The notes: a model not told the origin generated them from the letters alone. Positions 1 to 9,464 are shown, counted from the stretch's first letter. The stretch: 64,000 nt of DNA from an uncultured Solirubrobacterales bacterium (GCA_963770405.1 CAVYPO010000003.1:153120-217119); one strand, 5' to 3'. Numbers and translations: made by a program.

Positions 1-1
1 G

Positions 2-448
2 CAGGCCGGCTCGCGCAGCAGCGTGTTCCGGGCGCCCGGCTCGCCGCAGATCGCCGCCCTGCTCGGCATCGCCAACACCCACCGCGGCCGGGTCGCCGGT
101 CGCGATCGCCTCAGCACCGGTGGCGGCGAGCTGCACGCCCCCACCGGCGATCTCCCCGACGGCGCCGAGGTCGCCTGGTGCATCCGCCCCGAGCAGATCG
201 CGCTGCGCCCCGACGGACGCTACGAGGCCACGCTGCTCGACGAGGTCGACCTCGGCACCACCCGCGAGCTGACGGTCTCGCTGCACGGCACGCTGGAGCT
301 GACGGTGCGCACGACCGCCGCGCCACCGCCGGCCGGAGCCCCCGTGCGCGTCGACCTGCCACCCGGCGACATCACCATCTGGCCGGCGCCGGCGCCGGCG
401 CCGGCTCCGGCGCCGGAGCCGCGCGGCGCGGAGCCGGCGAACCGCTGA
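2..448 (+). CDS. ABC-type importer ATP-binding protein, C-terminal regulatory (TOBE-like) part; 5' end outside the window
   Basis: Frame open from window edge to TGA 446-448. '..FRAPGSPQIAALLGIANTHRGRV..' resembles the segment following the ATPase core of CysA/PotA/ModC-type proteins. The tail is a (PA)6 run encoded by a CCGGCG hexamer repeat at 383-418. Confidence 0.5.
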   Translation, partial: QAGSRSSVFRAPGSPQIAALLGIANTHRGRVAGRDRLSTGGGELHAPTGDLPDGAEVAWCIRPEQIALRPDGRYEATLLDEVDLGTTRELTVSLHGTLELTVRTTAAPPPAGAPVRVDLPPGDITIWPAPAPAPAPAPEPRGAEPANR

Positions 449-459
449 GCCACACACCG

Positions 460-957
460 TCAGCGCAGCGACAGCTCGTAGCGCTGAAACACGATAGGCG
501 GCCCCCAGCGGTCGGTCTCGATCTCCGATTGCACCCGAAAGCCCACCGCCCGGTAGATGCGCGCCGCCGCCGTCAGGGCGCTGAACGTCACGAGCTCGAG
601 CCGCTCGAACCCGAGCTCGCGCGCCTCGCTGACGAGCTCGGCGACCAGCGAACGCCCGAGACCCCGACCGCGTAGCTCGGGGGTGAACAGGAACCAGCGC
701 ACCTGTCCGACGCCCTCGCCCTGGTCGGTCAGCGCCAGCGAGCCGGCCAGCTGCCCGTCGTCGAGCAGCCACACGGCGCCGGAGTCGCGCATCCACCCCG
801 CGCGCAGGGCATCGGCGATCCCGTCACGCACCGATTCGGTGAAGCGCCGGTCCATCCCGAACTCCGCCGAGTACAGCCGGCGGTGCAGCTCGACGATGGC
901 CTCCGCGTCGCCGGGGCGCAGCTCGCGGCGCACCACGACCTCGCTCACCGCACTCAC
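460..957 (-). CDS. GNAT family N-acetyltransferase
   Basis: 165-aa ORF with acetyl-CoA-binding signature 'RGRGLGRSLVAELVSEARELG'. Start overlaps the stop of the upstream ORF (ATGA at 954-957). Confidence 0.9.
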   Translation of the reverse strand: MSAVSEVVVRRELRPGDAEAIVELHRRLYSAEFGMDRRFTESVRDGIADALRAGWMRDSGAVWLLDDGQLAGSLALTDQGEGVGQVRWFLFTPELRGRGLGRSLVAELVSEARELGFERLELVTFSALTAAARIYRAVGFRVQSEIETDRWGPPIVFQRYELSLR

Positions 958-1289
958 GAGGCCACCGGCGACCGCGTGGCGTGCACGGGGTGCAGCTCGG
1001 TCCCGGGCGGCACCCGCGCTCCCGCCGCATGGCAGCGCAGCAGCGCCGTGAGCTCGGCGGTGCGCCGGAACGGATCGGCGACGAGCTCTCCGGTGGCCAG
1101 CGACAGAGCCGCGCAGGGCGCTCCGTCGACGCGCGCGATCAGGTGGGGCCCTGGCGGCAGCGGCCGATCGTCCAACGCGGCGAGTCGCCGCAGCGTCTCC
1201 CGGTCCTGCGGCCCGGCGAGCCGCAGGCCCACGTCGCCCATCCAGGACGCGATTCGCTGCCGGTCGGGCTGGCGCGCAGACCTGTGCAC
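954..1289 (-). CDS. small conserved hypothetical protein
   Basis: 111-aa ORF (GTG 1289 preceded by GAGG; alternative ATG 1241). High GC3. The 4-nt overlap with the GNAT gene suggests translational coupling. No recognisable domain. Confidence 0.5.
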   Translation of the reverse strand: MHRSARQPDRQRIASWMGDVGLRLAGPQDRETLRRLAALDDRPLPPGPHLIARVDGAPCAALSLATGELVADPFRRTAELTALLRCHAAGARVPPGTELHPVHATRSPVAS

Positions 1290-1326
1290 CGCCTCATGAT
1301 GTCGCCAAGGATTCAGCTACGCAATA

Positions 1327-1341
1327 CAGTTCTGCGAACTG
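1327..1341. promoter_or_regulatory. inverted repeat CAGTT-N5-AACTG, candidate LysR box
   Basis: Perfect 5+5 dyad inside the visibly AT-richer 73-bp gap (1290-1362) between the divergent LysR gene and the small-ORF/GNAT operon. Confidence 0.3.
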
Positions 1342-1362
1342 ATTGATCTAACAGTCATATAG

Positions 1363-2244
1363 ATGGACATCCGCCAGCTTCGCTACTTCGAGGCGGTGGC
1401 TCGCCACCGCCATTTCACCCGCGCGGCCGAGGAGCTCCACGTCGCCCAGTCGGCGCTGTCTCACCAGGTGCGCCGCCTGGAGCGGGAGCTCGGGATCGAG
1501 CTGCTGCGCCGCACGACCCGGTCGGTCGAGCCGACCGCCGCCGGCGAGCTGGTGGCGGCGCGCGCCCGCTCGGTGATCTCCGAGACCGAAGCGCTGCGCG
1601 GCGAGGTCGACGAGCTGCGCGGCCTCGTGCGCGGCCACCTGACCATCGGCGCGCTGCTGTTCGGCGGCGAGCTCGACATCCCCGCCACCCTCGCCCGCTT
1701 CACCGAGGCCTTCCCGCACATCGAGGTCGGCCTGCGCGAGGGCACCGCGCGGCGGATGGTCGACATGCTCAACGACGGCAGCCTGGATCTCGCCTTCGCG
1801 CTCGAGCTGGAGCGGCCCGAAGGCCTCGAGGGCCTCTCGCTCTCACGCGAGCAGCTGGTGCTGGCGACGAGCCCCGGCCACGAGCTGGCCGGCGACGGGC
1901 CGCTGCCACTGCGCGCGCTCGCGGACCGGCCCTTCATCGCGTTCGACCGTAGCTCCTCCACACGCCAGCTGATCGACGCCGCCTTCGCCGAGGCCGGCGT
2001 GCAGCCCCGGATCGCGCTCGAGGGCAACGACCTCGCGCTCGTACGCGGGCTCGTCGCCCAGGGCATCGGCGCGGCGATCCTCCCGCGCTCGTTCGCCGAG
2101 CTGCCCGGGCCGCCGGTCTCCATCCGCCCGCTCTCGCCACCGCAGAGCCTGGACGTCGTCCTCTGGTGGCGCGCCGGTCGGCGGCTGTCGCCGGCGGCCC
2201 GCGGGTTCGCCGACTTCGTGGCCGCGCACCGCGTGTTGCGCTGA
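1363..2244 (+). CDS. LysR family transcriptional regulator
   Basis: 293-aa ORF. The N-terminal wHTH 'MDIRQLRYFEAVARHRHFTRAAEELHVAQSALSHQVRRLERELG' is the canonical LysR signature, followed by a substrate-binding domain. Confidence 0.93.
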   Translation: MDIRQLRYFEAVARHRHFTRAAEELHVAQSALSHQVRRLERELGIELLRRTTRSVEPTAAGELVAARARSVISETEALRGEVDELRGLVRGHLTIGALLFGGELDIPATLARFTEAFPHIEVGLREGTARRMVDMLNDGSLDLAFALELERPEGLEGLSLSREQLVLATSPGHELAGDGPLPLRALADRPFIAFDRSSSTRQLIDAAFAEAGVQPRIALEGNDLALVRGLVAQGIGAAILPRSFAELPGPPVSIRPLSPPQSLDVVLWWRAGRRLSPAARGFADFVAAHRVLR

Positions 2245-2279
2245 CGCCGGCCCGATGGCACCGGACGCGACGCCAGCCG

Positions 2280-3152
2280 TCACGACACCCCGCACCCGCT
2301 GAGCGCCCGCGCGTAGAAGGCCATGTAGGCGTCCCAGTGCGCGACCAGTACGCGGCGTCGTGCCCGCCCGGCCACACGTGGAAGGTCAGTCGCGCGCCGT
2401 CGGCGCGCAGCTCCCGGGCCAGGGCCGTGTCGAACGGGCGGAAGGGGTCTTCGCTGCCGACGTCCAGCCAGATCGCCGTTCGGCCATACGGGTTCGCCGC
2501 GCGGGCGGCGGCGATGACGTCGTGGCGGGCGAAGTCCTGCGCGTCGTCGAAGGCCCCGGGCGCGGTTTGCGCGCCGTCCTGCCAGAGCGCCGCGGAGTGT
2601 CCGCCGATCGCGCAGAACCGGCCCGGGTGCAGGCGCGCGATGTCCAGCGCGCCGAAGCCGCCCATCGATATGCCGCCGATGGCGACGCGCGCCGGGTCGG
2701 CGTGCAGCAGCGCGATGGCGCGCGGGATGACCTCGTCCACGACGTAGCTGGACCAGGCACCGCCGGCGCGGTTGTGCCAGTAGGAGTCCTCACCGCCGTC
2801 GGGGAACACGATGTCGGGAGCGCGGGCGCCCTGAGCGCGCCAGCGCGGCGAACATCGCCGAGCTCAGGTTGGCGTCCTCACCGTCACTGCCCTTGCCGTG
2901 CAGGAACACGAGCAGCGGGCGGCCGGCCCCGTTCGTGCCCGGGGGGATCACCGCGACCTCGGATAGCACCTGGTGCACGGAGCGACTCGCGACCGTGAAT
3001 CGGACCACGCGCGCGCCGTACTGATCGGCCCCCAACGACGAGATGACAAGGACCAGCGCCGCCCCCAGCGCCGCGAGCGCGCCCAGCCCCACCACGCGCC
3101 GGCGCCGGCGAGTCGCCGGCGTCGCGGTGCGTGGGTGACGGGGCCCGGACAT
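2280..3152 (-). pseudogene. esterase (esterase D / 'putative esterase' family), two frame breaks in this sequence
   Basis: Recognisable protein is split over three frames. First: 'MSGPRHP..LLVFLHGKGSDGEDANLSSAMFAAL' (frame of ORF 2790..4181). Second: 'FPDGGEDSYWHNR..GGISMGGFGAL..HVWPGGHDAAYWS' (ORF 1934..2809). Third: 'HWDAYMAFYARALSGCGVS*' ending at TGA 2280-2282. Breaks lie near 2840 and 2338. Confidence 0.65.
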
Positions 3153-3163
3153 GCGCTCGCGAA

Positions 3164-4181
3164 TCAGGCCAGGTGCCGGGCCAGGAACTCCAGCGACGCC
3201 GGCTGCTGGCTGGCGAAGAACGAGCCGTCGTGACAGCCCGCGGAGATGTCGATGACCGCCGTGCTGGGCAGCGCCTTCGCCAGCGCCACGACTCCGGGGT
3301 GAAGACGGATCGTCGACGCCCGAGGCGACGCGAACCGGGATCTCCGCGAGCGCGGCCGTGTGCGTGACGACGTCGTCGGAGGCGAAATCGGCGGCCGACC
3401 CGTACGCGCCGGCGTTGGCGGCCCGGGCCTGGGCATAGCTGGTCCAGACCGCGGGACTGATCGCCGCGACGGCGGCGATCTGGTCGGGGTGCTTCTCGGC
3501 CAGCAGCAGCGCGCCGTAGCCGCCCATGCTGATGCCCAGCGTGCCGACGCTGCGCGGCGTGCGGCCCAGGCCCAGCCGCTGGCACATCGGCAGCAGCTCG
3601 TTCATCACCATCCCCATCGGGTCATCGCCGGGATGCGCGTTCCAGTAGCCGCCACCACCGTCGGCGGCCACGAGTGCCATCGGGAGTGCCGGCGACCGTC
3701 CCTGCGTCTTCAGCGCCAGTGCCTGCGCAAGCGTCAGGCCGGCCAGCGCCCGCACGTGGTCGCCGCCGAAGCCGTGCAGCACGATCCCCAACGGCAGCGC
3801 GCTTCCCGAGCGGTGCCCGGGTGGGTAGGCGAGCGTGTAGCCGACGTCGCGCCCGCGCGCACGGGAGAAGAAGCGCCCGGCAAACGATGGGCCGACCGGG
3901 CGGAAACGCTCGGCCGGGTGCGACACCGAGCACGCCCCGTCGAGCTCATCGAGCGTCTGGCGGCCCGGCAGCACGCCCTGCTCGACGAGCTCGAGGCCAG
4001 CGAACGCGCCACCGACCACCGCGGCAAGTCCGCACCCGAGCAAGCGGCGCCGGGTGAGCCCGTGGGCCGCGCCGGGCCGCGTCTGGCCGTCGTCAGCCGG
4101 GCCCCGCCGGTTCGGGGCTGTCTGATCGCGGTTGTGCACGTGGGCGCCTAGCCGGTCGCCGGGGCGTTCGGTGGCGCGCAT
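3164..4181 (-). pseudogene. esterase (same family, tandem paralog), Tat-like signal, one frame break
   Basis: 'TRRRLLGCGLAAV' twin-arginine N-terminus and 'GISMGGYGAL' nucleophile elbow in the frame of ORF 2790..4181. C-terminal 'LHPGVVALAKALP..GCHDGSFFASQQPASLEFLARHLA*' is in the frame of ORF 3164..3436. Break near 3305. Confidence 0.65.
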
Positions 4182-5151
4182 GCGCTCGCACGACGACGCG
4201 AAACGCGACGACCAGTGCCGCGGCCATCACGACCAGCCCGACGCCGTCGATGGCGCCGACGCGAAACAGCTGGCGTGGTGCCGGACCACCGGAGATGACC
4301 CAGCTGCTCGCCCCGGCGAGGAACACGGCCATCGCGGTGGCGACGGCCGCCGCGAGCCACATCTCGTAGCGCAGCACTGCGGCTGAGAGCGGAAGCCGAC
4401 GCAGCGCCTTGGCCGCCCCGGCGAGCATGGCCAGCAGGGCGAGCGGGCTCACCCCCATCCACACGACCTCGGCCAGCGGGAACGACGACAGCGCACCTGG
4501 ATGCGCCCAGTAGGAGGTCACCCACAGCGTCGCGGCCCAGCAGAACGACGCGACCGCGGGCGGCACCAGGCCGCGCTGGGCCCAGCGATGCCCGCCCGTT
4601 CCCGGCCAGCCGTGCCCGAAATGGCGGCTGCCCAGCGCGAAGACCAGCGCTCCGCCCGCCGCCAGGAGCAGCGGGCCGATCACACCGCGCGTCTCACCCC
4701 GCGCGAGCGTCCGCGCGCCGACCCAGACGAGCGGAAGCGCGCCCAGCACGCCCAGCAGCACGAACGACAGCATCGCCGCCGACATCACCAGCATTGCGAC
4801 GTTGGTGGCGGGTGCGGCCGGCGCCGACCACTGCCAGCCGATGGTCAGCTGAGCCCACATCGAGATCCCGAAGATCAGGAAACCGGCCAGCACGCAGCCG
4901 AGCACCGCCAGGCTGGCCCGCAGCTGCTGCTGGCGATCGAGCGCGCGGCCGGCCAGGCCCGCGCAGGTCAGGTGCGCCAACAGGCCGGTGCGCAGCACGT
5001 CGGCCGTGCGCCGCCACGAGCGCGGGCGCTCGCAGATGTCATCGACGAGCAGGAGCGTGAACTCCTCGCCGTAGCGCGCACGCCACGCCGCCGGATAGCA
5101 GCGCGCCAGACGCTCGGCCCGGCGAACGGCCGACGGCGGCGGCGCGCTCAT
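4093..5151 (-). CDS. PadR-associated integral membrane protein
   Basis: 352-aa ORF. Cytoplasmic N-terminus 'RCYPAAWRARYGEEF' followed by about 8 hydrophobic segments. ATGA overlap (5148-5151) with the PadR gene. Confidence 0.7.
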   Translation of the reverse strand: MSAPPPSAVRRAERLARCYPAAWRARYGEEFTLLLVDDICERPRSWRRTADVLRTGLLAHLTCAGLAGRALDRQQQLRASLAVLGCVLAGFLIFGISMWAQLTIGWQWSAPAAPATNVAMLVMSAAMLSFVLLGVLGALPLVWVGARTLARGETRGVIGPLLLAAGGALVFALGSRHFGHGWPGTGGHRWAQRGLVPPAVASFCWAATLWVTSYWAHPGALSSFPLAEVVWMGVSPLALLAMLAGAAKALRRLPLSAAVLRYEMWLAAAVATAMAVFLAGASSWVISGGPAPRQLFRVGAIDGVGLVVMAAALVVAFRVVVRAHARHRTPRRPARRPRAQPRSDSPEPAGPG

Positions 5152-5516
5152 GCGCGCCCCGTTCCGGCGGCCAGTCGGCGCAGGCCCACGTCGGCGACTC
5201 GCCGCTGGCTCTCCAGGTGCACCTGCAGCGCGCCGGCGCCGGCAGCCGTCAACCGGTACGGACGCCGTCGATCGTGGCTCTCCACCGGCTCGATCAGCCC
5301 CTGCGCCTCCAGCCGCGCCAGCGCCTCGTACAGCGTGCCCGGCGCCAGCCGAACGCCGCCGAACGCCTCGATGTCCTTCGTCAACGCGTACCCGTGCTTG
5401 GTGCCCTCGGCCAGGCTCGACAGGATCAGCGTCGCCGGCCCGGCGTAGCGCCCGAACGCCGCGAGCGCCTGCTGCTCGCCCGAGGCGCCGCCACCGCTGG
5501 TCGTCGACCGTGCCAT
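5148..5516 (-). CDS. PadR family transcriptional regulator
   Basis: 'GTKHGYALTKDIEAFGGVRLAPGTLYEALARLEAQGLIE' is a typical PadR wHTH. Start placed at ATG 5516 because the longer N-terminus (to 5552) is translated from a tandem-repeat/promoter-like stretch. Confidence 0.88.
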   Translation of the reverse strand: MARSTTSGGGASGEQQALAAFGRYAGPATLILSSLAEGTKHGYALTKDIEAFGGVRLAPGTLYEALARLEAQGLIEPVESHDRRRPYRLTAAGAGALQVHLESQRRVADVGLRRLAAGTGRA

Positions 5517-5559
5517 GCGCGCACTATATATCGTCAGCCGATCTATCGTCAACCGATCA
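5517..5559 (-). promoter_or_regulatory. candidate promoter (-35 TTGACG, 16-nt spacer, -10 TATATA) giving a leaderless padR mRNA, overlapping two tandem 15-bp direct repeats
   Basis: Minus strand reads TTGACG (5552-5547), a 16-nt spacer, TATATA (5530-5525), 8 nt, then ATG (5516). Plus strand shows ATCGTCAGCCGATCT / ATCGTCAACCGATCA at 5530-5559. Confidence 0.35.
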
Positions 5560-5574
5560 TCGATCGCCCGCTGC

Positions 5575-6439
5575 TCAGACGTCGGCCCCCTGGACCGAGA
5601 CGCTCGGGGCGTCGAGGCCGAGCGCGTGCGCGACGTGCGGGTGCGCCTCGCGGGGACGCTCGACCACGGGGCGCTGGATGTCCGGCTTGCGGATCGCCAG
5701 ATAGCCGACGAGGACCACGAACACGGCCAGCGTCAGGGCGCTGACGGTCCCGTCGCCGAGCCCGAGGCCGGTGGCGGAGGGTGGTTTGCTGAACCAGTCG
5801 GCGAAGGAGGCGCCGAGCGGCCTCGTGAGGACATACGCGACCCAGAAGGCGGCGATCGCGTTGACCTGCAAGCGCCACCAGGCCAGGGCCGGGATCGAGA
5901 TGAGAACGGCGTACAGGATCACCGAGCCGAAGAAGCCGAGATTCAGCGACATGGCGGTGAGGTCACCCGCGGCGGTGCCGAGTGCGAACGTTCCCAGCAC
6001 CGCGGCCCAGTAGAACAGCTCACGCCGGCGCGTGTTGATGGTGTGAATGGAGAGCGTGCCCTCGCTGCGGTACCAGCAGGAAGAAGATCGCGGCCACGAC
6101 GAGGGCGAACACCGGCGTGGTGACGGCGTAGGGGATGCTGGCCCCGTCGTGCACACCGTCGGCGGCCATCGTCCCGAAGATCGCGACCATCATCACGGCG
6201 AACCAGTACACAGCCGCGCGGTACGTGCGCGTTCGCAGTTGCAGCCAGAGGGCGAAGGACAGCCCGAAGATGCCGATCGCCCCCGCGATCGGAACGCTCT
6301 TCTGGCCGAGGAAGTCCGACATCGCTTCGCCCATGCCGGTCGTGAGCAGCTTGATGACCCAGAACAGCACGGTGATCTCGGGGACCTTGGCGGCCAACGG
6401 CGCGGGGCCGTTGGGCCGTCGGGCAGACGAGCGCAGCAT
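5575..6439 (-). pseudogene. COG4705-like multi-pass membrane protein, one frame break
   Basis: N-terminal 122 aa in ORF 6020..6439 ('..VLFWVIKLLTTGMGEAMSDFLG..'). Continuation 'WYRSEGTLSIHTINTRRRELFYWAAVLGTFALGTAAGD..' in ORF 5575..6156. Break near 6073. AAAGGAA Shine-Dalgarno before ATG 6439. Confidence 0.6.
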
Positions 6440-6802
6440 GGCGTTCCTTTCATCGCAGCGGTGAGGGCCACTGCGGTCACATGGAGGGGGAGCGGCGACT
6501 GCCGACGCAGCGCTGGCAGCTACCGCCGCAAAGCCTAACGCCGAGAGCCGCCGATTGGCGCCAGCTCATGCCCCGGCCGCCCGCTCGCCGGGCGCCGCCC
6601 CAGCAGCCGTCCGAGTGCCCGCCAGGTGCCATCCGGCTCCCTGCTTGTCGTCCAACTGAGCACTGAAGTCAGCGTCGCGGCGAGCGCCCGCTAGCGGTGC
6701 AGGGTGGGTGAGGCCCACCCCTGGGGTGGGTTCTCAGACGCGCTGAGGTAGCGCAGAGTTCAGCGCGAGAAGAACACGACCAACCACTCAAGGAGCCACG
6801 CA

Positions 6803-8569
6803 ATGCGTCCCATACACGCGTGCTCTGTCGCCGTTGCCCTGTCGTCGGTCGCGCCGGTCAGCGCGGCGGGCGAAACCAGCTCGGCGGCCAGCACGCAGAT
6901 CGGCAGCAACCCCGAGGACCCCGACGAACAGTTCCGCGTACAGGACGTACTCCACGTACCAACCCGACGTTCCAGTCGGCGAGACAGGGCCAGCATCACT
7001 GCTGCGGTGCCGACGGGAGGGCTGGCGGGCGGTCGTGCCCGCCGGATGTTGACCGCGGTCGCGCTCGTGGCAGGGCTCTGCGGGAGTGCGATGGCGATCG
7101 GCACGCCTATCGCATCTGCTGCTTTCGCGGGCGCCGTCACCGCAGCGCAACCAGCACGGCAGTTCACCATCGCCACGCCTGCCGCGGGGCCGCTGTGTGA
7201 GGGCTTCCGCGCCTCGGCTACTCAGCCAGTTCCGGGTTGCAACGTCGCCCCGTACACGACCTACAACTACGAGACCGAAATGTCTCCCCTGTATTGGCCC
7301 GGCACCGGTTCCAGCGGCACCGAGTGCACCAACTACGTCGCCTTCGTCGAATCCGCGGTCTACGGTGTCCCCACCCCGCACTACGCTCTCGGTCACGCGA
7401 CGAACTGGGCGACCGCCGCGGAACAACACGGGGTCACCGTCAACCAAACCCCGACCGTGGGATCGGTAGCGCAGTGGAAGGCGAACGATCCTCACATCGA
7501 GTCCGACGGGCACGTCGCCATCGTCGAGGCGGTCGGCCCGAACGACAGCTACATCGTCGTATCCCAGGACAACTGGTCCACCGACACGGACAAATACGGC
7601 TGGGCGCGGATCTTGGCTGGAACACCCAACCAGGGACAACCGTGGCCGGATGACTTCATCCACTTCCCGGCTACCAGACTCCCAACCATGCTCGCTACCT
7701 ATCAGCCTGACCGTCTGATCCAGTCCACCGGCAACCTGTATTGGACAGCCGACCAAAGCGTGAACGGCAGCTCGCAGGCCGAAGTCTTCCGCGCCTCGAA
7801 GGGCAACCAGCCAGGCCAGGAGCGGATCCTGTATCAGGAGTCGACTTCGACGCCAGTTGACTTCGAGGCGATCACCTACGCCAACGTAGGTGGCAACTGG
7901 TACGGCTACTTCGTCGCCAACTATCCCTCCCAGGACGAGTCCCAGATCAAGCGAGTGCCGCTCACTGGTGGTGCCGCCGTCGTGCTCGCCACGTCCCCGG
8001 CGGTCATCGGCAACCGCGATCTTGTGACCGACGGGTCGTTCCTCTACTGGGCCGACGCTGACGGCATCCGCAGGCTGGCGATCACCGGCGGCACGGTCCA
8101 GACGCTCGTCTCCGGTGACACGTTCGCGCACCTTGGACTCGACGGATCGGTGCTCTACTACTCGTCCGGAAACAGCATCCTGCACGTCCCGACCAGCGGC
8201 GGCGCGTCCACTACGGTCCTGTCGGCGGCGAGCGCGATCACGGCGCTGTACCCGCCCTCGGTGACCGACAGCAACGTCTACTGGGGCGAGGCCAACGGCG
8301 CGGTCGCTCTCTTCCCCGGCCCGTACGACTCCGTGTACCAGCTGCAAGCTCCGGGCGCCGGTGTCAGCATCACCAGCGTGTCGGTCGCAGACAACTACAT
8401 CCTCTGGGGCGACTGCGCCGCCGAAGCCTTCGGCCAGAACTGCACGGTCGATGGATACGACAACGGCAACGTCGTGTCCGTGCCCACGTCCGGTTCACCG
8501 GTGGACGTCCAGGGTGACGCCGGCGCGTGGTACTGGGGCGACTCCGACCTGGAAAAGTTCACGCCCTAA
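6803..8569 (+). CDS. secreted CHAP-domain peptidoglycan amidase/peptidase fused to a six-blade YW-type beta-propeller
   Basis: CHAP Cys 'GTECTNYVAF' and His 'GHVAIVEAV'. Six 'YW' strands in the C-terminal half (NLYWTAD, FLYWADAD, VLYYSSG, NVYWGEA, YILWGDC, AWYWGDS). AAGGAG 7 nt before ATG 6803. Alternative start ATG 7046 before a second signal-like segment. Confidence 0.8.
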   Translation: MRPIHACSVAVALSSVAPVSAAGETSSAASTQIGSNPEDPDEQFRVQDVLHVPTRRSSRRDRASITAAVPTGGLAGGRARRMLTAVALVAGLCGSAMAIGTPIASAAFAGAVTAAQPARQFTIATPAAGPLCEGFRASATQPVPGCNVAPYTTYNYETEMSPLYWPGTGSSGTECTNYVAFVESAVYGVPTPHYALGHATNWATAAEQHGVTVNQTPTVGSVAQWKANDPHIESDGHVAIVEAVGPNDSYIVVSQDNWSTDTDKYGWARILAGTPNQGQPWPDDFIHFPATRLPTMLATYQPDRLIQSTGNLYWTADQSVNGSSQAEVFRASKGNQPGQERILYQESTSTPVDFEAITYANVGGNWYGYFVANYPSQDESQIKRVPLTGGAAVVLATSPAVIGNRDLVTDGSFLYWADADGIRRLAITGGTVQTLVSGDTFAHLGLDGSVLYYSSGNSILHVPTSGGASTTVLSAASAITALYPPSVTDSNVYWGEANGAVALFPGPYDSVYQLQAPGAGVSITSVSVADNYILWGDCAAEAFGQNCTVDGYDNGNVVSVPTSGSPVDVQGDAGAWYWGDSDLEKFTP

Positions 8570-8579
8570 AGGGCCGATC

Positions 8580-8596
8580 GGGCGCCCGAGGCGCCC
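8580..8596 (+). terminator. GC hairpin GGGCGCC-CGA-GGCGCCC 11 nt after the CHAP gene stop
   Basis: Perfect 7-bp stem with a 3-nt loop and no U-tract (I-shaped, as is common in high-GC actinobacteria). Confidence 0.35.
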
Positions 8597-8720
8597 AACC
8601 GCAGATCACGGGCATCTTCGATTCGAGCCCGGCGGTTCGAGTAGGAAGCCTCGCGCGAAGATATCGATCGCCGCTCGCTGCTAGTGCGGCGGCCGCGGCT
8701 ACGCCGCGCCCGCGGGGTTC

Positions 8721-9464
8721 TCACCGAGGAAGAGTTCGCTCCAGGAGCGCGAACAGGGCAGCGAAGTGCCGCTCGGCGGCCGCTTCGTTGTAGGCACCCA
8801 TGTCGGACATGGTGTAGCCGTGCTGCGCACCCTCGTAGAGCTCGGTCGTGTGGCGCACGCCGGCGTCGTCCATCGCCTGGTCCAGCGTCGCGATGTTCTC
8901 CGCAGTCATGCTCTGGTCCTCGTCGGCGTGACCCCAGTAGACCTCCGCCCGGACACGGGGCGCCAGCAGGTGAGGGCTGTCCTGCTCGTCGGTGACCATG
9001 CGACCGGTGTGAAACCCGCCGAGCGCGGCGACGCGATCAGGGTATCCAGCCGCGATCGTCCAGCCGAGCCGGCCGCCGAAGCAGTAGCCCGTGATCCCGA
9101 CGGGACCGTCGGTGAGCTCCCCGAGCTTGTCGAGGTAGGCGCCGCCGTCGGCGCCGGTCGCGGCAGGTGTCAATGCGGCCATCAGCGGACCGAGCGACTG
9201 GAAGAACCTGCCACGAGATTCGGGATCGTGGAGGACCGGCGTCTCCCACAGCGGAGCGCGTCCGCCCCGGTAAAACACGTTCGGAGCGAGCACGACATAG
9301 CCCTGGGTGGCGATCCGATCAGCCATCGCCTCGATCCGAGGCCGCAGCCCGATCGCATCGATCATCAGCAACACGCCAGGATGCGCCCCATCGCCAACCG
9401 GCTGGGTCAGGTAGCAGTCGGCGACCCCGTCCGGGGTCGGCACGTCGATCGTAGAACCGTTCAT
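8721..9464 (-). CDS. dienelactone hydrolase family protein
   Basis: 247-aa ORF. 'GITGYCFGG' nucleophile motif with Cys, and the typical DLH length and layout. Confidence 0.9.
   Translation of the reverse strand: MNGSTIDVPTPDGVADCYLTQPVGDGAHPGVLLMIDAIGLRPRIEAMADRIATQGYVVLAPNVFYRGGRAPLWETPVLHDPESRGRFFQSLGPLMAALTPAATGADGGAYLDKLGELTDGPVGITGYCFGGRLGWTIAAGYPDRVAALGGFHTGRMVTDEQDSPHLLAPRVRAEVYWGHADEDQSMTAENIATLDQAMDDAGVRHTTELYEGAQHGYTMSDMGAYNEAAAERHFAALFALLERTLPR

Noticed and set aside
383-418. CCGGCG hexamer repeat (6 units).
   Set aside because: It simply encodes a (Pro-Ala)n low-complexity tail at the end of the partial ABC ATPase gene. Nothing suggests an independent function.
1934-2809. 291-aa ORF running from the esterase into the LysR gene on the opposite strand.
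   Set aside because: Only the first ~157 aa are esterase-like and the rest is Arg-rich noise. A -1 correction near 2338 gives a normal esterase C-terminus and a stop at 2280-2282.
8617-8645. 'TTCGATTCGAGCCC..GGTTCGAGTAGG', reminiscent of a tRNA T-arm.
   Set aside because: I could not build an acceptor stem, anticodon arm or full cloverleaf around it. It lies in a 150-nt convergent gap and is probably fortuitous.
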